A stretch of DNA of 64,000 nucleotides from Octopus sinensis (taxonomy: Eukaryota): the NCBI RefSeq assembly GCF_006345805.1, contig NC_043005.1:4650001-4714000 (forward strand), in the 5' to 3' direction. The notes beneath the pieces are model-generated. The model made no database searches. It worked only from the letters and a program-made list of their open reading frames with translations, and was not told the origin of the DNA. How positions within the stretch are numbered: the first letter of the stretch is position 1; each line of letters starts with the position of its first letter. Both the position numbers and the translations under genes were made by a program. This document shows, one piece after another, positions 1 to 12,430 of the stretch.

Positions 1-1010
1 TGAGTTCGGTGGGGCAGTTGCAGGCAAAGACGAGGGGGCAGCCAGGGTTGTTATGTTTGTGGATTTTGGGAAGGAAGTAAATTGTGTGGTTGTGAGGGGT
101 GTGGAGAATGAGGTTGGAGGCGGTGGGGGGAGACGGGAGGAGGAGATGAGGTCATGGATAGTGGATGACAGTCTGTTGGTAACTGGGTATGGGTCAGAGG
201 GCAGTAGAAGGAGGTGTCTTGAAGTTGGCGGAGAGCTTCCTCCTTGTAGAGGTCTGCGCGCCACACCACCAGTGCTCCACCCTTGTCGGCCGGTTTTATG
301 ACGATGTCAGTGTGGCATCAGAGACATCGAGGGGCTGAGAGTTCGACTGGGGAGATGTTCAGATGACAGGGATGCCTGAAAAAGTGAAACCAGTCCACAG
401 CGCGCTGGCAGGCACCCACAAAAAGATTGACTGCTTGGAGCTGGCCAGGGGCTGGCATCCACGGGGATGGTCAGTGGCCCAGGTCAGTGAAGCAGTCCTC
501 CTCATTAGATGCAGGTGGAATGGTCGGGGAAAAGTGCACAAAGCTGTGGATATCAGCACGAGTCTGAAATTCATTGGTGGATGAGTGAGGGGGGATGAAG
601 CACAGACCCTGCTGAGGAGGGAGGAGCGCTCCACCTCAAAGAGGGGAAGATCTGGAGGAATGGTAACAACAGACTGAAGTGGAGAAGGGGTGGTGGGGAT
701 GGTGGAAGGCTGGGAGGGAAGGGACGGGGGTAAGTGTGTGGGGTGGTTTGAGGGACGGGAGGTTTGGCGATGGTGGGGAAGCATACCATGGAGGGAGAGG
801 GGTAGTGGCTTCGGGTGTGATGAAATGGAGGAGTGAATGGAGTTTACGTTGTTTGGTGTGAGCAAGAAATTGATGAAAGAGAGGATTTAAATGAATTATG
901 GAACGTAACGTGGTGTTGGCCATGGGAGGGCGGCGAGCGAGAGGAGAAGAAGACGGAAAAAGCAAGAGGGAGGAGGAGGTCGATGGAGAGATTAGAATGA
1001 ATGGTGGCGC
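1..1010 (-). mobile_element. Penelope-like element (PLE) relic, N-terminal part of RT; continues beyond the left edge
   Basis: Minus-strand translation gives IKPADKGGALVVWRADLYKEEALRQL (rc of ~195-300) and PKIHKHNNPGCPLVFACNCPTEL (rc of 1-70), which match PLE RT motifs; frameshifted. Right boundary approximate. Confidence 0.85.
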
Positions 1011-1239
1011 ACATAAGGTGGTAGGATGTAGTAGAGAGAATGTGTAGGATGGTTTTAGCAGAGAGGAGAGTGGGGTGGAAATGGAGGTGGAAACCTTTAG
1101 GGATGAGGCAGAGATGTAAGCAGCAACTGGAAAATTAAATGTGACAACAGAAACGAATTATTTTTTTTAATTTCTAGGGAAAGGTTAATAAAGGGCTGAA
1201 AGCAGCAGAAAGGGAATATGGAAAGGTGTTGTTTTAGGC

Positions 1240-1441
1240 CAGTGGTTTTCAACCAGGGTTCCGCCAGTACAGCTCAGGGGTTCCGCCAGAAGTTACAAAA
1301 CTGCTAAAATCGGCAGTAATTTTTAATTCTCCTGTGCAGATATGTCTGCATAAGACTTATTAAATTATTGCACAGGGGTTCCTTGAGCCAGTGGAATGTT
1401 TCCTTGGGGTTCCGCTCCAGCAAAAAGTTTGAAAACCACTG
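1240..1441. mobile_element. hAT (Charlie/Buster-type) MITE, 202 bp
   Basis: TIRs CAGTGGTTTTCAA / TTGAAAACCACTG; 8-bp TSD ttttaggc (1232-1239) / ttttagac (1442-1449). Confidence 0.8.
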
Positions 1442-1755
1442 TTTTAGACGGTAATGAAAGTGGGGGATGATTGTAAAACGAGAAGAGAAGAGAAAGAAAG
1501 GAGAAAAGGGGGAGAGAAGGTAAATAAAGACATGGGGAGGAAAAATTCAAAAGGCTTGAGGAGAAAAAAAATATATATATGAGAGGTGGGAGAAGAAAAT
1601 AAAAACAAGGAAAGAAAGGATGAAGATGGAAGAAATAGAGAAAAGGGGGAAGAAGGGGAGAAGAGAACATGAAAGGGAAAAAGAACGGGAGGGAGAGAGA
1701 GAGAGAGAGAGAGAGTGAGAGAGGTAACAAGGTAATAGGTGCTGATTTTTTTGAA

Positions 1756-2081
1756 GCACTCCGTCAGTTACGACGACGAGGGTTCTGGTTGATCCGATCA
1801 ACGGAACAGCCTTCTCATGAAATTAACGTGTAAGTGGCTAAGCACTCCACAGACACGTGTACCCTTAACGTAATTCTCAGGTACAACAGAAACAGGAAGT
1901 AAGAGTGAGAGAAAGTTGTGGTGAAAGAGTACAGCAGGGATCACCACCATCCCCTGCCAGAGCCTCGTGGAGCTTTACATGTTTTCGCTCAATAAATACT
2001 CACAACGCCGGGTCTGGGAATCGAAACCGCGATCCTACGACTGCGAGTCCGCTGCTCTAACCACTGGGCCATTGCGCCTCC
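1756..2081 (-). mobile_element. tRNA-derived SINE (octopus OR/OK-like; family name from recall)
   Basis: rc starts GGAGGCGCAATGGCCCAGTGGTTAG (A box) with GGTTTCGATTCC (B box); same family at 37967-38260 (+). Confidence 0.8.
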
Positions 2082-2252
2082 ACTAGGTGCTGATTAGCGA
2101 AAACAGTAAGAACAACCAGAGTAGGAAGAAGAGACAATAGGAAAAAGCAGAATACACACACACACACACACACACGTATGAAACATACCTATATTTGTAT
2201 GTGTATATATATTTTTCCTGGCTTATGGACGTTTAGACGGCTTATGTGTTTA

Positions 2253-2397
2253 GGCGCAGGAGTGGCTGTGTGGTAAGTAGCTTGCTTACGAACCACATGG
2301 TTCCGGGTTCACTCACACTGCGTGAAAGCTTGGGCAAGTGTCTTCTACTATAGCCTCGGGTCGACCAAAGCCTTGCGGAAACTGAAAGAATCCCGTC

Positions 2398-2474
<77 letters not shown>

Positions 2475-2697
2475 ATATGTATTATGTGTGTGTGTGTCTG
2501 TTTTGTCCCCCCAACATCGCTTGACAACCGATGCTGGTGTGTTTACGCCCCCGTAACATAGCGGTTCGGCAAAAGAAACCGATAGAATAAGTACTAGGCA
2601 TACAAAGAATAAGTCCTGGGGTCGATTTACTCGACTAAAGGCGGTGCTCCAGCATGGCCACAGTCAAATGACTGAAACAAGTAAAAGAGTAAAAGAG
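2253..2697 (+). mobile_element. tRNA-headed bipartite SINE with internal (TA)n, family S1
   Basis: Head AGGAGTGGCTGTGTGGTAAGTAGCTTGC...GGTTC; tail ...GACTGAAACAAGTAAAAGAGTAAAAGAG. Other copies near 4140, 5898, 9803-10180(-), 22775, 30950, 40340-40680(-), 49066. Confidence 0.85.
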
Positions 2698-2982
2698 TAT
2701 ATATATACATGTGTGTGTGTGTGTCCGTCCGTATATGTATGTATATATATGTATCTATATATGTATGTGTGTGTATATATATATTATATTATATTATATT
2801 ATATTTGATATGTATACACACACACACACGTAAGTCGTCTAAAAGTCCGTAAGTCAGAAAAAAGATACACGCCTATATATCTGTCAATGGAGTGGGTGTG
2901 AGACTGTACAGCCCCGATTGCGTGTGCGCGAACGCGTTTCTGTGTGTACGTACGTATGTATGTATGTATTGTGTTGTGTGTG

Positions 2983-3020
<38 letters not shown>

Positions 3021-3247
3021 TGTGAGCTTGCTCCCCTTAACCTTTTCTCGCAGGTCAGTGACAATGAATTGTTGTCATAACACAATTGACGAATGAAACG
3101 GCATTTCGAAAGCAGTCAATAAATACATCGAGACTCAAAGCCAAGCTTCAATGCTTTCAGTCTCAGCCGTCAGAATAAGAGACAAAGTGAAAGAGACAGG
3201 TTGAACCAATCCCGCTTCTCTTCCCAGCTTACCTTCCACTCTTCAAC

Positions 3248-3302
3248 ATGAACCGAATCCTCCTCTGTTTCATAGCCATTTCTCTTCTCTCCATCTGTCA
3301 AT
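3248..3302 (+). CDS. Antistasin-like secreted inhibitor, coding exon 1 (signal peptide MNRILLCFIAISLLSICQ-C)
   Basis: caacATG start, hydrophobic 18-codon leader, phase-1 donor T|GTGAGT at 3302/3303; joins exon 2 in frame (T+GT = Cys). Confidence 0.75.
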
Positions 3303-4045
3303 GTGAGTACACAACAATTATTTCTTCATCTTACACTTGTATTTCTCTTGTGTAATTTAAAAGTAAAAAAAAAAAACGCTTTCAAACAGTTTTATATATG
3401 AGGAAATATTTATATTTATTTTATTTCATTTTGAATAGGTATTTATTTAGTTCTTGGGAAATTGGTCGATTATTATTCACGTTCTTGACAGTTTAAACTT
3501 TTTTTTAGGAATGAGCCAAAAATTTTATATTTAAATCACAGAATATATACGTCACAAAACTGGTTGTACACTTGTCATTTTTTTACATATGGTTTTACAA
3601 ACGTCTCTCCTCATCCATCCATAGTACATGACCATACCAACGCAAACAACTCTCTATATATGTATAGATATATATGTATACACACACACACACACATGTG
3701 CACGTGTGTGTGTGTGTTTAGTAAGAGAGGGTGAGTGAGATTTATAAATTGGATATATAAAATACATCAGTGAATGAAGCTTTTACATTGATCCCTTGAT
3801 CTCTTGTTCACACAAATATACTTTATTCTTTAAACTTCCAACAAAAACTGATTTATTGTTGTCATAGCAACAGCCATCTATTGGAAATACCAATGCCATA
3901 AACTGAAGATTTTACTTGGAATACTTTTTTCTGTCCTTTTTCTTTTCTCTTTTGTTTTTAGACAAAAACGTATCGTAAATGCATTATCAAAATTCTGCTT
4001 AACATTTAGAAGCGCATACTGCTGCACACATATGCACGTCGCACT

Positions 4046-4121
<76 letters not shown>

Positions 4122-4139
4122 TCAATAACTATCAATCAA

Positions 4140-4523
4140 CAGGAGTGGCTGTGTGGTAAGTAGCTTGCTTACCAACCACATGGTTCCGAGTTCAGTCCCA
4201 CTGCGTGGCACCTTGGGCAAGTGTCTTCTACTATAGCCTCGGGCCAACCAAAGCCTTGTGAGTGGATTTGGTTGACGGAAACTGAAAGAAGCCCGTCTAT
4301 ATATGTATATATATGTATATGTTTGTGTTTGTCCCCCTAGCATCGCTTGACAACCGATGCTGGTGTGTTTATGTCCCCGTCACTTAGCGGTTCGGCAAAA
4401 GAGACCGATAGAATAAGTACTGGGCTTACAAAGAATAAGTCCTGGGGTTGAGTTGCTTGATTAAAGGTGGTGCTCCAGCATGGCGGCAGTCAAATGACTG
4501 AAACAAGTAAAAGAGTAAAAGAG
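4140..4523 (+). mobile_element. SINE family S1 copy
   Basis: Near-identical to 2253-2697. Confidence 0.85.
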
Positions 4524-4549
4524 TATATATATGTGTGAAAATATGTGTG

Positions 4550-4583
<34 letters not shown>

Positions 4584-4806
4584 TGTATGTATGTATGTAT
4601 GTATGCATGTATGTATGTGTGTGTGTATGTATGTTTGTATGTATGTATGTATGTGTGTGTGTGTGTATGTATGGTAATGCAAACAGGAAAAATAGAATTC
4701 AAAATATATGTATACTTTTGTTAGTATTTAGCAAAAGCAACAGAGTGACTCAAAAGCTGAGAGATTTGTGCATCGGGACTTATCAACTATATATGTGTGT
4801 ATGTGC

Positions 4807-4838
<32 letters not shown>

Positions 4839-4839
<1 letters not shown>

Positions 4840-5242
4840 CATCATCATCATTGTTCGACCGTGGTCGATCAATGGAATTTACCATGCTACGCCAGACTTC
4901 ACGTCCATCATGGCATTACGGAGGTCCTGTTGCTGGATGCCTGTATCCCTGGAGATTACTTCAGGTAGGAGAGTGTCGCCCTCTGGTATTGAGAGAAGAT
5001 GGCTTCCAGAGGAGAAGAGTAAAAATTACTCTTTTTTCAGTCTACAGCAATGTCCAGCAAACTTGACTCTCTTACCTTTCACAAGAGATGACACAGGTGG
5101 TAGTTTCCCATATATTTGCATTTTGGTTGGATGGCGCTTCCACGAGAGATTTTGAGCTCTCATAAGGAGGCGAGTGTAGGTTCCATCCAACCGCCTCTCA
5201 AGCTTCTTTGATAACGTCCAGGTTTCTGAGAGCCATATAGTA

Positions 5243-5245
<3 letters not shown>
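4839..5245 (-). mobile_element. RTE-clade LINE, 5'-truncated 3' end
   Basis: Translation SETWTLSKKLERRLDGTYTRLLMRAQNLSWKRHPTKMQIYGKLPPVSSLVKGKRVKFAGHC resembles the post-RT domain of RTE LINEs; ends in a (GAT)n tail. Confidence 0.8.
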
Positions 5246-5288
<43 letters not shown>

Positions 5289-5344
5289 GCGCTAAGAGTA
5301 CCATACGAGTGAGATTGGGGCCAGAGCAACAAGTTGGCCTCTGA

Positions 5345-5660
5345 GCCAATGGCACGTTAAAAACACCATTTGAGCATGATCGTTACCTGCGTCACCTTAC
5401 TAGCACTTGTGCTGGTGGCACTTGAAAAAAACATTCGAGTGAGGTCATTGCCAGTGCCACTGGACTGGCTCCTGTGCAGGTGGCATGTAAAAGCACCCCT
5501 ACACTCTCAGAGTGGTTGGTGTTAGGAATGGCATCCAGCTGTAGTAATTCTGCCAGATCAGATTGGAGTCTGGTGCAGCCATCTGGTTCACTAGACCTCA
5601 GTCAAATCGTCCAACCCATGCCAGCATGGAAAGCGGACGTTAAACAATGATGATGATGAT
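5345..5660 (+). mobile_element. SINE/retroposon family S2 with (GAT)n tail
   Basis: ...AAAGCACCCACTACACTCTCGGAGTGGTTGGCGTTAGGAAGGGCATCCAGC...CATGGAAAACGGACGTTAAACGATGATG consensus. Copies near 6490, 7470, 8545, 9525, 29205, 34030, 43740, 44660, 50335, 52145, 57845, 60370, 63465-63725(-). Confidence 0.85.
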
Positions 5661-5663
5661 GTG

Positions 5664-5828
5664 GTGAAAGTTGGCTTATAGGGTTACCCTGGGTTTCTCG
5701 CTATAAAGGATACCTCTATGGTATATCTTCATACCTTAAGCCCAACAAGTCTTAGGGTCTCAAGACATACCGTAAAGGTATCTTTTATGACAGGAAACCC
5801 AGGGTAACCCTATAAAGCCAGCCTTCAC
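5664..5828. repeat. Imperfect foldback / MITE-like inverted repeat
   Basis: Arms ~5664-5724 and 5767-5828 (TATAGGGTTACCCTGGGTTTC / GAAACCCAGGGTAACCCTATA); 42-nt spacer. Confidence 0.7.
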
Positions 5829-5864
5829 AAGTAATAAATATATATATGTGTATATATATATAAT

Positions 5865-5898
<34 letters not shown>

Positions 5899-7099
5899 GG
5901 CGTAGGAGTGGCTGTGTGGTAAGTAGCTTGCTTTCCAACCACATAGTTCCAGATTCAGTCCCACTATGTGGAACCTTGGGCCAGTGTCTTCTACTATAGC
6001 CTCGGGCCAACTAAAACCTACCAAAACTGAAAGAAACCCGTCATGTATATATATATATATATATATATTGTGCGTGTGTGTGTATTTGTATGTCCCTATT
6101 TGACAACAAATGCTGGTGTGTTTATGTCCCTGTAACTTAGTAGTTCATCAAAAGAGACCAATAAAATTAGTACTAGACTTGCAAAGATAAGTCCTGGATT
6201 GATTTCTTCAACTAAAGGTGGTGCTCCAGCATGGCCACATTCAAATGACTGAACAAGTAGAAGAAATATAAGAAATTATCATACACACACACACACACAC
6301 ACAAATATGTCTGTGTGTGGGTTCATAAAACAGTAACCATAAATGGTGTTTAAATTAGTGACAGCTGGTTCAATGTTTACACACACACATATGTGTGTGT
6401 ATACATGGTATATATATATATATATCGTAGGGCGAGATGCCGTGCTTGAGGAGACCTCAGTTCATCAACATCAACATCAATATCAAAATCAAATGAAATT
6501 ACAATCACATAGAAATTGTAGTGGTGACCCCTGTGCCGGTGGCACGTAAAAAGCACCGTCCGAATGTGGCCAATCCCAGTGCCGCCTCGACTGGCTTCTG
6601 TGCCAGTGGCACATAAAAAGCACCCACTACCCACTAGGAGTTGTTGGGGTTAGGAAGGGCATCCAAATCAGATTGGAACCTGGTGCTGCCTCCTGGCTTC
6701 CCAGACCCCAGTTGAACCGTCCAACCCATGCTAGCATGGAAAACGGACGTTAAACGATGATGATGATGATATATGTGTGTGTGTGCTTTAAATGCATATA
6801 TGTGTGGATGTGCAAAAAGGAACAAAACAATTAAATAGCAAAAAGAATAACAGAAATCTAAATAATTTATATATTTGTTTATGTTATATTTCTTTGTTCT
6901 TTTTTTTTACGGGTTTCTTTTTAATTAAAATCTTAATCTCAGCATTTTAGTCTCTCATTAAAAGTGTAGATTCTTTGCTTGAAGAGTTATGGAATTTCTA
7001 TGGAACTTATTACCAGAATAGATGTATGTGTGTACGTGTGTATGTCCTTGTATGGGAGTGTTTCTGTGCATATATGTATGTATGTGTGTGTGTGCGTGA

Positions 7100-7460
7100 A
7101 GGTGCATGGCTCAGTGGTTAGAGCGTCAAGCTTACAGTTGTGATGTGTGAGTTTGATTCCTGGACTGGGCTGCGTGTTGTGTTCTTGAGCAAGACACTTT
7201 ATTTCACTTTGCTCCAGTTCACTCAGCTGTAGAAATGAGTTGCGACGTCACTGGTGCCAAGCTGTATCGGCCCCTTTTGCCTTTCCCTTGGATAACATTG
7301 GTGGCGTGGAGAGGGGAGGCCGGTATGCATGGGTGGTTGCTGGTCTTCCATAAAAACAACTCTAGGTTGTGCGTTTGCCAGCGAGGTGCATTGTACATCA
7401 GAGAGGAACCTCTTAGGTGCACCCATGGTCATTCACGACCGATGAGGTCAAATTTTTTAT
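7100..7460 (+). mobile_element. tRNA-derived SINE family S3
   Basis: GGTGCATGGCTCAGTGGTTAGAGCG...GAGTTTGATTCC A/B boxes; copies at ~9160 (duplicate) and 32905-33228 (-). Confidence 0.8.
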
Positions 7461-7903
7461 TGGTGCCTTGACTAGTTTCCATGCTGGTGGCACATAAAAA
7501 GTATCATCTGATCGTGGTCGATGCCAGCTCCTCTGGCCCCTGTGCCAGTGGAATGTAAAAAGCACCCACTACACTCACGGAGCGCTTGGCATTAGGAAGG
7601 ACACCCAACTGTAGAAACACTGCCAGATAAGACTGTGGCCTGGTGCAGCCTCATGGCTTCCCAGACCCCAGTCGAACCATCCAATCCATGCCAGCATGGA
7701 AAACGGACATGTTAAACGTGATGATGATGATGATGATGGATGATAATATATATCTCTTTCACTTGTTTCGACCCGGAACTTATTCTTTGTAAGCCCAGTA
7801 CTTATTCTATCGGTCTCTTTTGCCGAACCGCTAAGTGACGGGGACATAAACACACCAGCATCGGTTGTCAAGCAATACTAGGGGGACAAACACAGACACA
7901 CAA

Positions 7904-8003
7904 NNNNNNNNNNNNNNNNNNNNNNNNNNNNNNNNNNNNNNNNNNNNNNNNNNNNNNNNNNNNNNNNNNNNNNNNNNNNNNNNNNNNNNNNNNNNNNNNN
8001 NNN
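7904..8003. other. Assembly gap (100 N)
   Basis: Run of exactly 100 N. Confidence 1.
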
Positions 8004-8081
8004 GGAACCTGGGCCAGTGTCTTCTACTATAGCCTCGGGCCAACTAAACCTACCAAAACTGAAAGAAACCCGTCATGTATA

Positions 8082-8119
<38 letters not shown>

Positions 8120-10225
8120 GCGTGTGTGTGTATTTGTATGTCCCTATTTGACAACAAATGCTGGTTTGTGTTATGTCCCTGTAACTTAGCAGTTCATCAA
8201 AAGAGACCAATAAAATTAGTACTAGACTTGCAAAGAATAAGTCCTGGGATTGATTTCTTCAACTAAAGGTGGTGCTCCAGCATGGCCACAGTCAAATGAC
8301 TGAAACAAGTAGAAGAAATATAAGAAATTATACATACACACACACACACACACACACAAATATGTCTGTGTGTGCGTGTTCATAAAACAGTAACACATAA
8401 ATGGTGTTTAAATTAGTGACAGCTGGTTCAATGTTTACACACACACATATGTGTGTGTATACATGGTATATATATATATATATATCGTAGGGCGAGATGC
8501 CGTGCTTGAGGAGACCTCAGTTCATCAACATCAACATCAATATCAAATCAAATGAAATTACAATCACATAGAAATTGTAGTGGTGACCCCTGTGCCGGTG
8601 GCACGTAAAAAGCACCGTCCGAATGTGGCCAATCCCAGTGCCACCTCGACTGGCTTTGTGCAGGGCACATAAAGAACCCACTACCCACTAGGAGTTGTTG
8701 GGGTTAGGAAGGGCATCCAAATCAGATTGGAACCTGGTGCTGCCTCCTGGCTTCCCAGACCCCAGTTGAACTGTCCAACCCATGCTAGCATGGAAAACGG
8801 ACGTTAAACGATGATGATGATGATATATGTGTGTGTGTGTGTCTTTAAATGCATATATGTGTGGATGTGCAAAAAAGGAACAAAACAATTAAATAGCAAA
8901 AAGAATAACAGAAATCTAAATAATTTATATATTTGTTTATGTTATATTTCTTTGTTCTTTTTTTTTACGGGTTTCTTTTTAATTAAAATCTTAATCTCAG
9001 CATTTTAGTCTCTCATTAAAAGTGTAGATTCTTTGCTTGAAGAGTTATGGAATTTCTATGGAACTTATTACCAGAATAGATGTATGTGTGTACGTGTGTA
9101 TGTCCTTGTATGGGAGTGTTTCTGTGCATATATGTATGTATGTGTGTGTGTGCGTGAAGGTGCATGGCTCAGTGGTTAGAGCGTCAAGCTTACAGTTGTG
9201 ATGTGTGAGTTTGATTCCTGGACTGGGCTGCGTGTTGTGTTCTTGAGCAAGACATTATTTCACTTTGCTCCAGTTCACTCAGCTGTAGAATGATTTGCGC
9301 CACGTCACTGGTGCCAAGCTGTATCGGCCCTTTGCCTTTCCCTTGGATACATTGGTGGCGTGGAGAGGGGAGGCCGGTATGCATGGGTGGTTGCTGGTCT
9401 TCCATAAAAACAACTCTAGGTTGTGCGTTTGCCAGCGAGGTGCATTGTACATCAGAGAGGAACCTCTTAGGTGCACCCATGGTCATTCACGACCGATGAG
9501 GTCAAATTTTTTATTGGTGCCTTGACTAGTTTCCATGCTGGTGGCACATAAAAAGTATCATCTGATCGTGGTCGATGCCAGCTCCTCTGGCCCCTGTGCC
9601 AGTGGAATGTAAAAAGCACCCACTACACTCACGGAGCGCTTGGCATTAGGAAGGACACCCAACTGTAGAAACACTGCCAGATAAGACTGTGGCCTGGTGC
9701 AGCCTCATGGCTTCCCAGACCCCAGTCGAACCATCCAATCCATGCCAGCATGGAAAACGGACATGTTAAACGATGATGATGATGATGATGATGATGATAT
9801 ATATATCTCTTTCACTTGTTTCGACCCGGAACTTATTCTTTGTAAGCCCAGTACTTATTCTATCGGTCTCTTTTGCCGAACCGCTAAGTGACGGGGACAT
9901 AAACACACCAGCATCGGTTGTCAAGCAATACTAGGGGGACAAACACAGACACACAAACACACATGCACATATATAGATATATATATTATATTATCTATAT
10001 ATATATATACATATATACGACCGGCTTCTTTCAGTTTCCGTCTACCAAATCCACTCACAGGCTTTGGTCAGCCCGAGTATAGTAGAAGACCTTGCCCAAG
10101 GTGCCACGCAGTGGGACTGAACCCGGAACCATGTGGTTGGTAAAGCAAGCTACTTCCCACACAGCCACTCCTGTGCCTATATATTTATGTATAAATTAGA
10201 CATATGTATTTATGTATAATATATA

Positions 10226-10296
<71 letters not shown>

Positions 10297-10315
10297 TATA
10301 TAATATATAATAAAA

Positions 10316-11270
10316 TATTAGGGAATAAATCCAAACTTACAGGGAAAAATCAGATTTAGGATTAATCCAAGTTTATAGTATAAATATATTACATTATTTA
10401 TAATTAAATATAGAGATAAAACCACTATTAGGCAATCAAACATGAAAAACTAAGCAATACGATTAAATTAATTTAATTTATTATTTTAATATATATCAAA
10501 AGTATTAAAGTTTAATAAAAGATAAAGAGTAAAACACTACGATCGTTTTCATGGCTGTACATTCGATAACAATAATTTAAATTCAATTAATATTCGAGTT
10601 ATGGTTCAGTCAATCTTCATGTTAATGAAATATCTAAAAAATAATCAGAAATATTTAAACAATATTTTAAGATATAAATAATATAATAATTTTACTTATA
10701 ATAAACTCTATTATCAAACTAGAAACATAAACTTAAACAATTATGATTATATCAAAATCGACTCTAATGTTAAATATTAATTTTAATTTATAAGGTAGGA
10801 ACCCACCAATAATCTAATATCGGTATTAATCTAATATCAATTACATAAATATTTCAAATGACTATTATATATAAATTATCAATGAAAATATATAAATGTA
10901 TATAAATATTATAATTAAGATCTAAAATAATCTCTAAATAAATATATATGCATATAATAAAACCTAATAAATTAATTTTTCATATTTAAAGATGAAATAG
11001 CTAATTTCAAAATACAAATAAACAAACTTAAAAAACGACTTTCGGAAATCTTATGTAAACTACTTATAGAAATAATCATTCGTAGTAATATAGTATCGAA
11101 TAAATACTATAATACTATAAATATAATTATCAATGGGAATAACTAGCGAATAATTTTTAATACTTTTGATATATAATTTAAAATAATATAAATTAAATTA
11201 ATTTTATGTATGGGCTTATGTTTTTCATTGTTTGATTTGCCGAATAGTGGTTTTATCTCTAATTAATATT
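10316..11270. mobile_element. AT-rich non-autonomous element with inverted partial ends (probable PLE tail family)
   Basis: TAGAGATAAAACCACTATTAGGC-AATCAAAC at ~10410 and its rc at ~11228-11261; degenerate hammerhead-like motif on - strand 10536-10625; flanked by (TA)n. Same terminus at ~20970, 21250, 32735, 47920. Confidence 0.55.
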
Positions 11271-11537
11271 ATATATATATATTATTAATATATATATATA
11301 TTTATATTTAGAAAAATACAAACTGGGACAAGGAACGTAAAACTTTAGAAGATCAAAAAAAAAACACGGACGGACATTCGTTAAGCCTTCAATCTTCAGT
11401 CAAGAACCGGATCATCCTAGCAATTTTCGGCTGATTAATCTTGGGATCGCTCCAATCTGGCCAGCCCCAAGGAATAACTAAGCTACGAGCATTAGATTTC
11501 TTGGAAAAAGGATCGAATGTATATGAAACAGGGACTA

Positions 11538-11716
11538 TTTCTGTTGAAGGGCATAGGCTCAAAGCATAAAAGACTTTTTCATTTTACTTGAGCACCAAAC
11601 TAATACACTTGTTTATTGTTCATACACCTGTCTTCGTCTTTTGTTTTTATATAATTTCAAATAAATCATCTACAAAAACCAACAAAGGAATACACAGCTT
11701 TTGTTGCCTTCGATGT
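11538..11716 (+). mobile_element. PLE pLTR-like segment fused to an RT motif-A fragment; inverted copy of 18426-18605
   Basis: About 4 differences from rc of 18426-18605; ends in ...INHLQKPTKEYTAFVAFDV. Confidence 0.8.
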
Positions 11717-11759
11717 CATAGATAGATATACATATATTATATTATATATATATATTATG

Positions 11760-12430
11760 TGAAATAGAAAGATGAATAATCTTGTAGTAGATTAATCAAA
11801 AGTTTAACCCGATACCTTAGTAGCAAAATCACAGCAGTAAACAGCACGTTGGAGGTACAACCATCTGCGTTGCAACCGTGCGTTGGTGCGGATAATTGAA
11901 ATTAAACATTATTGGTGAATTGAAAATGGAGCTGAACGCAGATTGAACAGAAATCGTTTTATTTCATTCTACACGTTTTCGAAAGGCACAAATTACCAAA
12001 AAATCCATTGAATAAGGGACCATATGTGTCTTTCTCTTCAGGAAGAAAAAGGGAAATCCGTTGGAAACCAAAAACAAAAACAGAGGCGGAGCAAAACAAA
12101 TCGAACTGTGCTCCTAAGAGCCATGGCGAAACTGTTTATCATGTTGTTGAGAACCGGTGCTGAAGAATTCAACGGGTCAGGCATCGGTCAATCTGTGGGT
12201 GAGGGTGTATAGATGTTCTTTGTGACCGAGAATAAAGTTCTGACTTTTAAGAATATTGGATGTTTTATAAGGGGCGAGAAAAACTACTTAGAGACGTGTG
12301 TGTGTGTATACTGTTCTATTATGTGTGTTTGGCGTAGGGTAGAAAACATTTTTTGTGTACTGTGTGCGTTTGATCGTTCGGCTGTCAGTGGCTACTGCCG
12401 TGATAACCGTTGGGTGGCAGAAAGAAAAAA
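11760..12430 (-). mobile_element. Inverted pLTR of PLE-B
   Basis: 11910-12430 is the reverse complement of 14184-14723 with scattered indels; includes a mirror hammerhead (~11962-12047) with a 1-nt stem III deletion. Confidence 0.85.

Larger units (their letters stand above)
5970..9956. repeat. ~1.9-kb direct duplication (5970-7903 and 8004-9956) flanking an N gap
   Basis: Both copies begin GGAACC(T)TGGGCCAGTGTC and end GGGGGACAAACACAGACACACAA; differences are mainly homopolymer indels. Confidence 0.9.

Noticed and set aside
4535-5155. 206-aa + strand ORF
   Set aside because: Microsatellite plus the antisense strand of the RTE fragment.
7100-7175. tRNA genes at SINE heads (also 2010-2081, 33160-33228, 37967-38030)
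   Set aside because: A/B boxes run directly into SINE bodies and the cloverleaves are degenerate.
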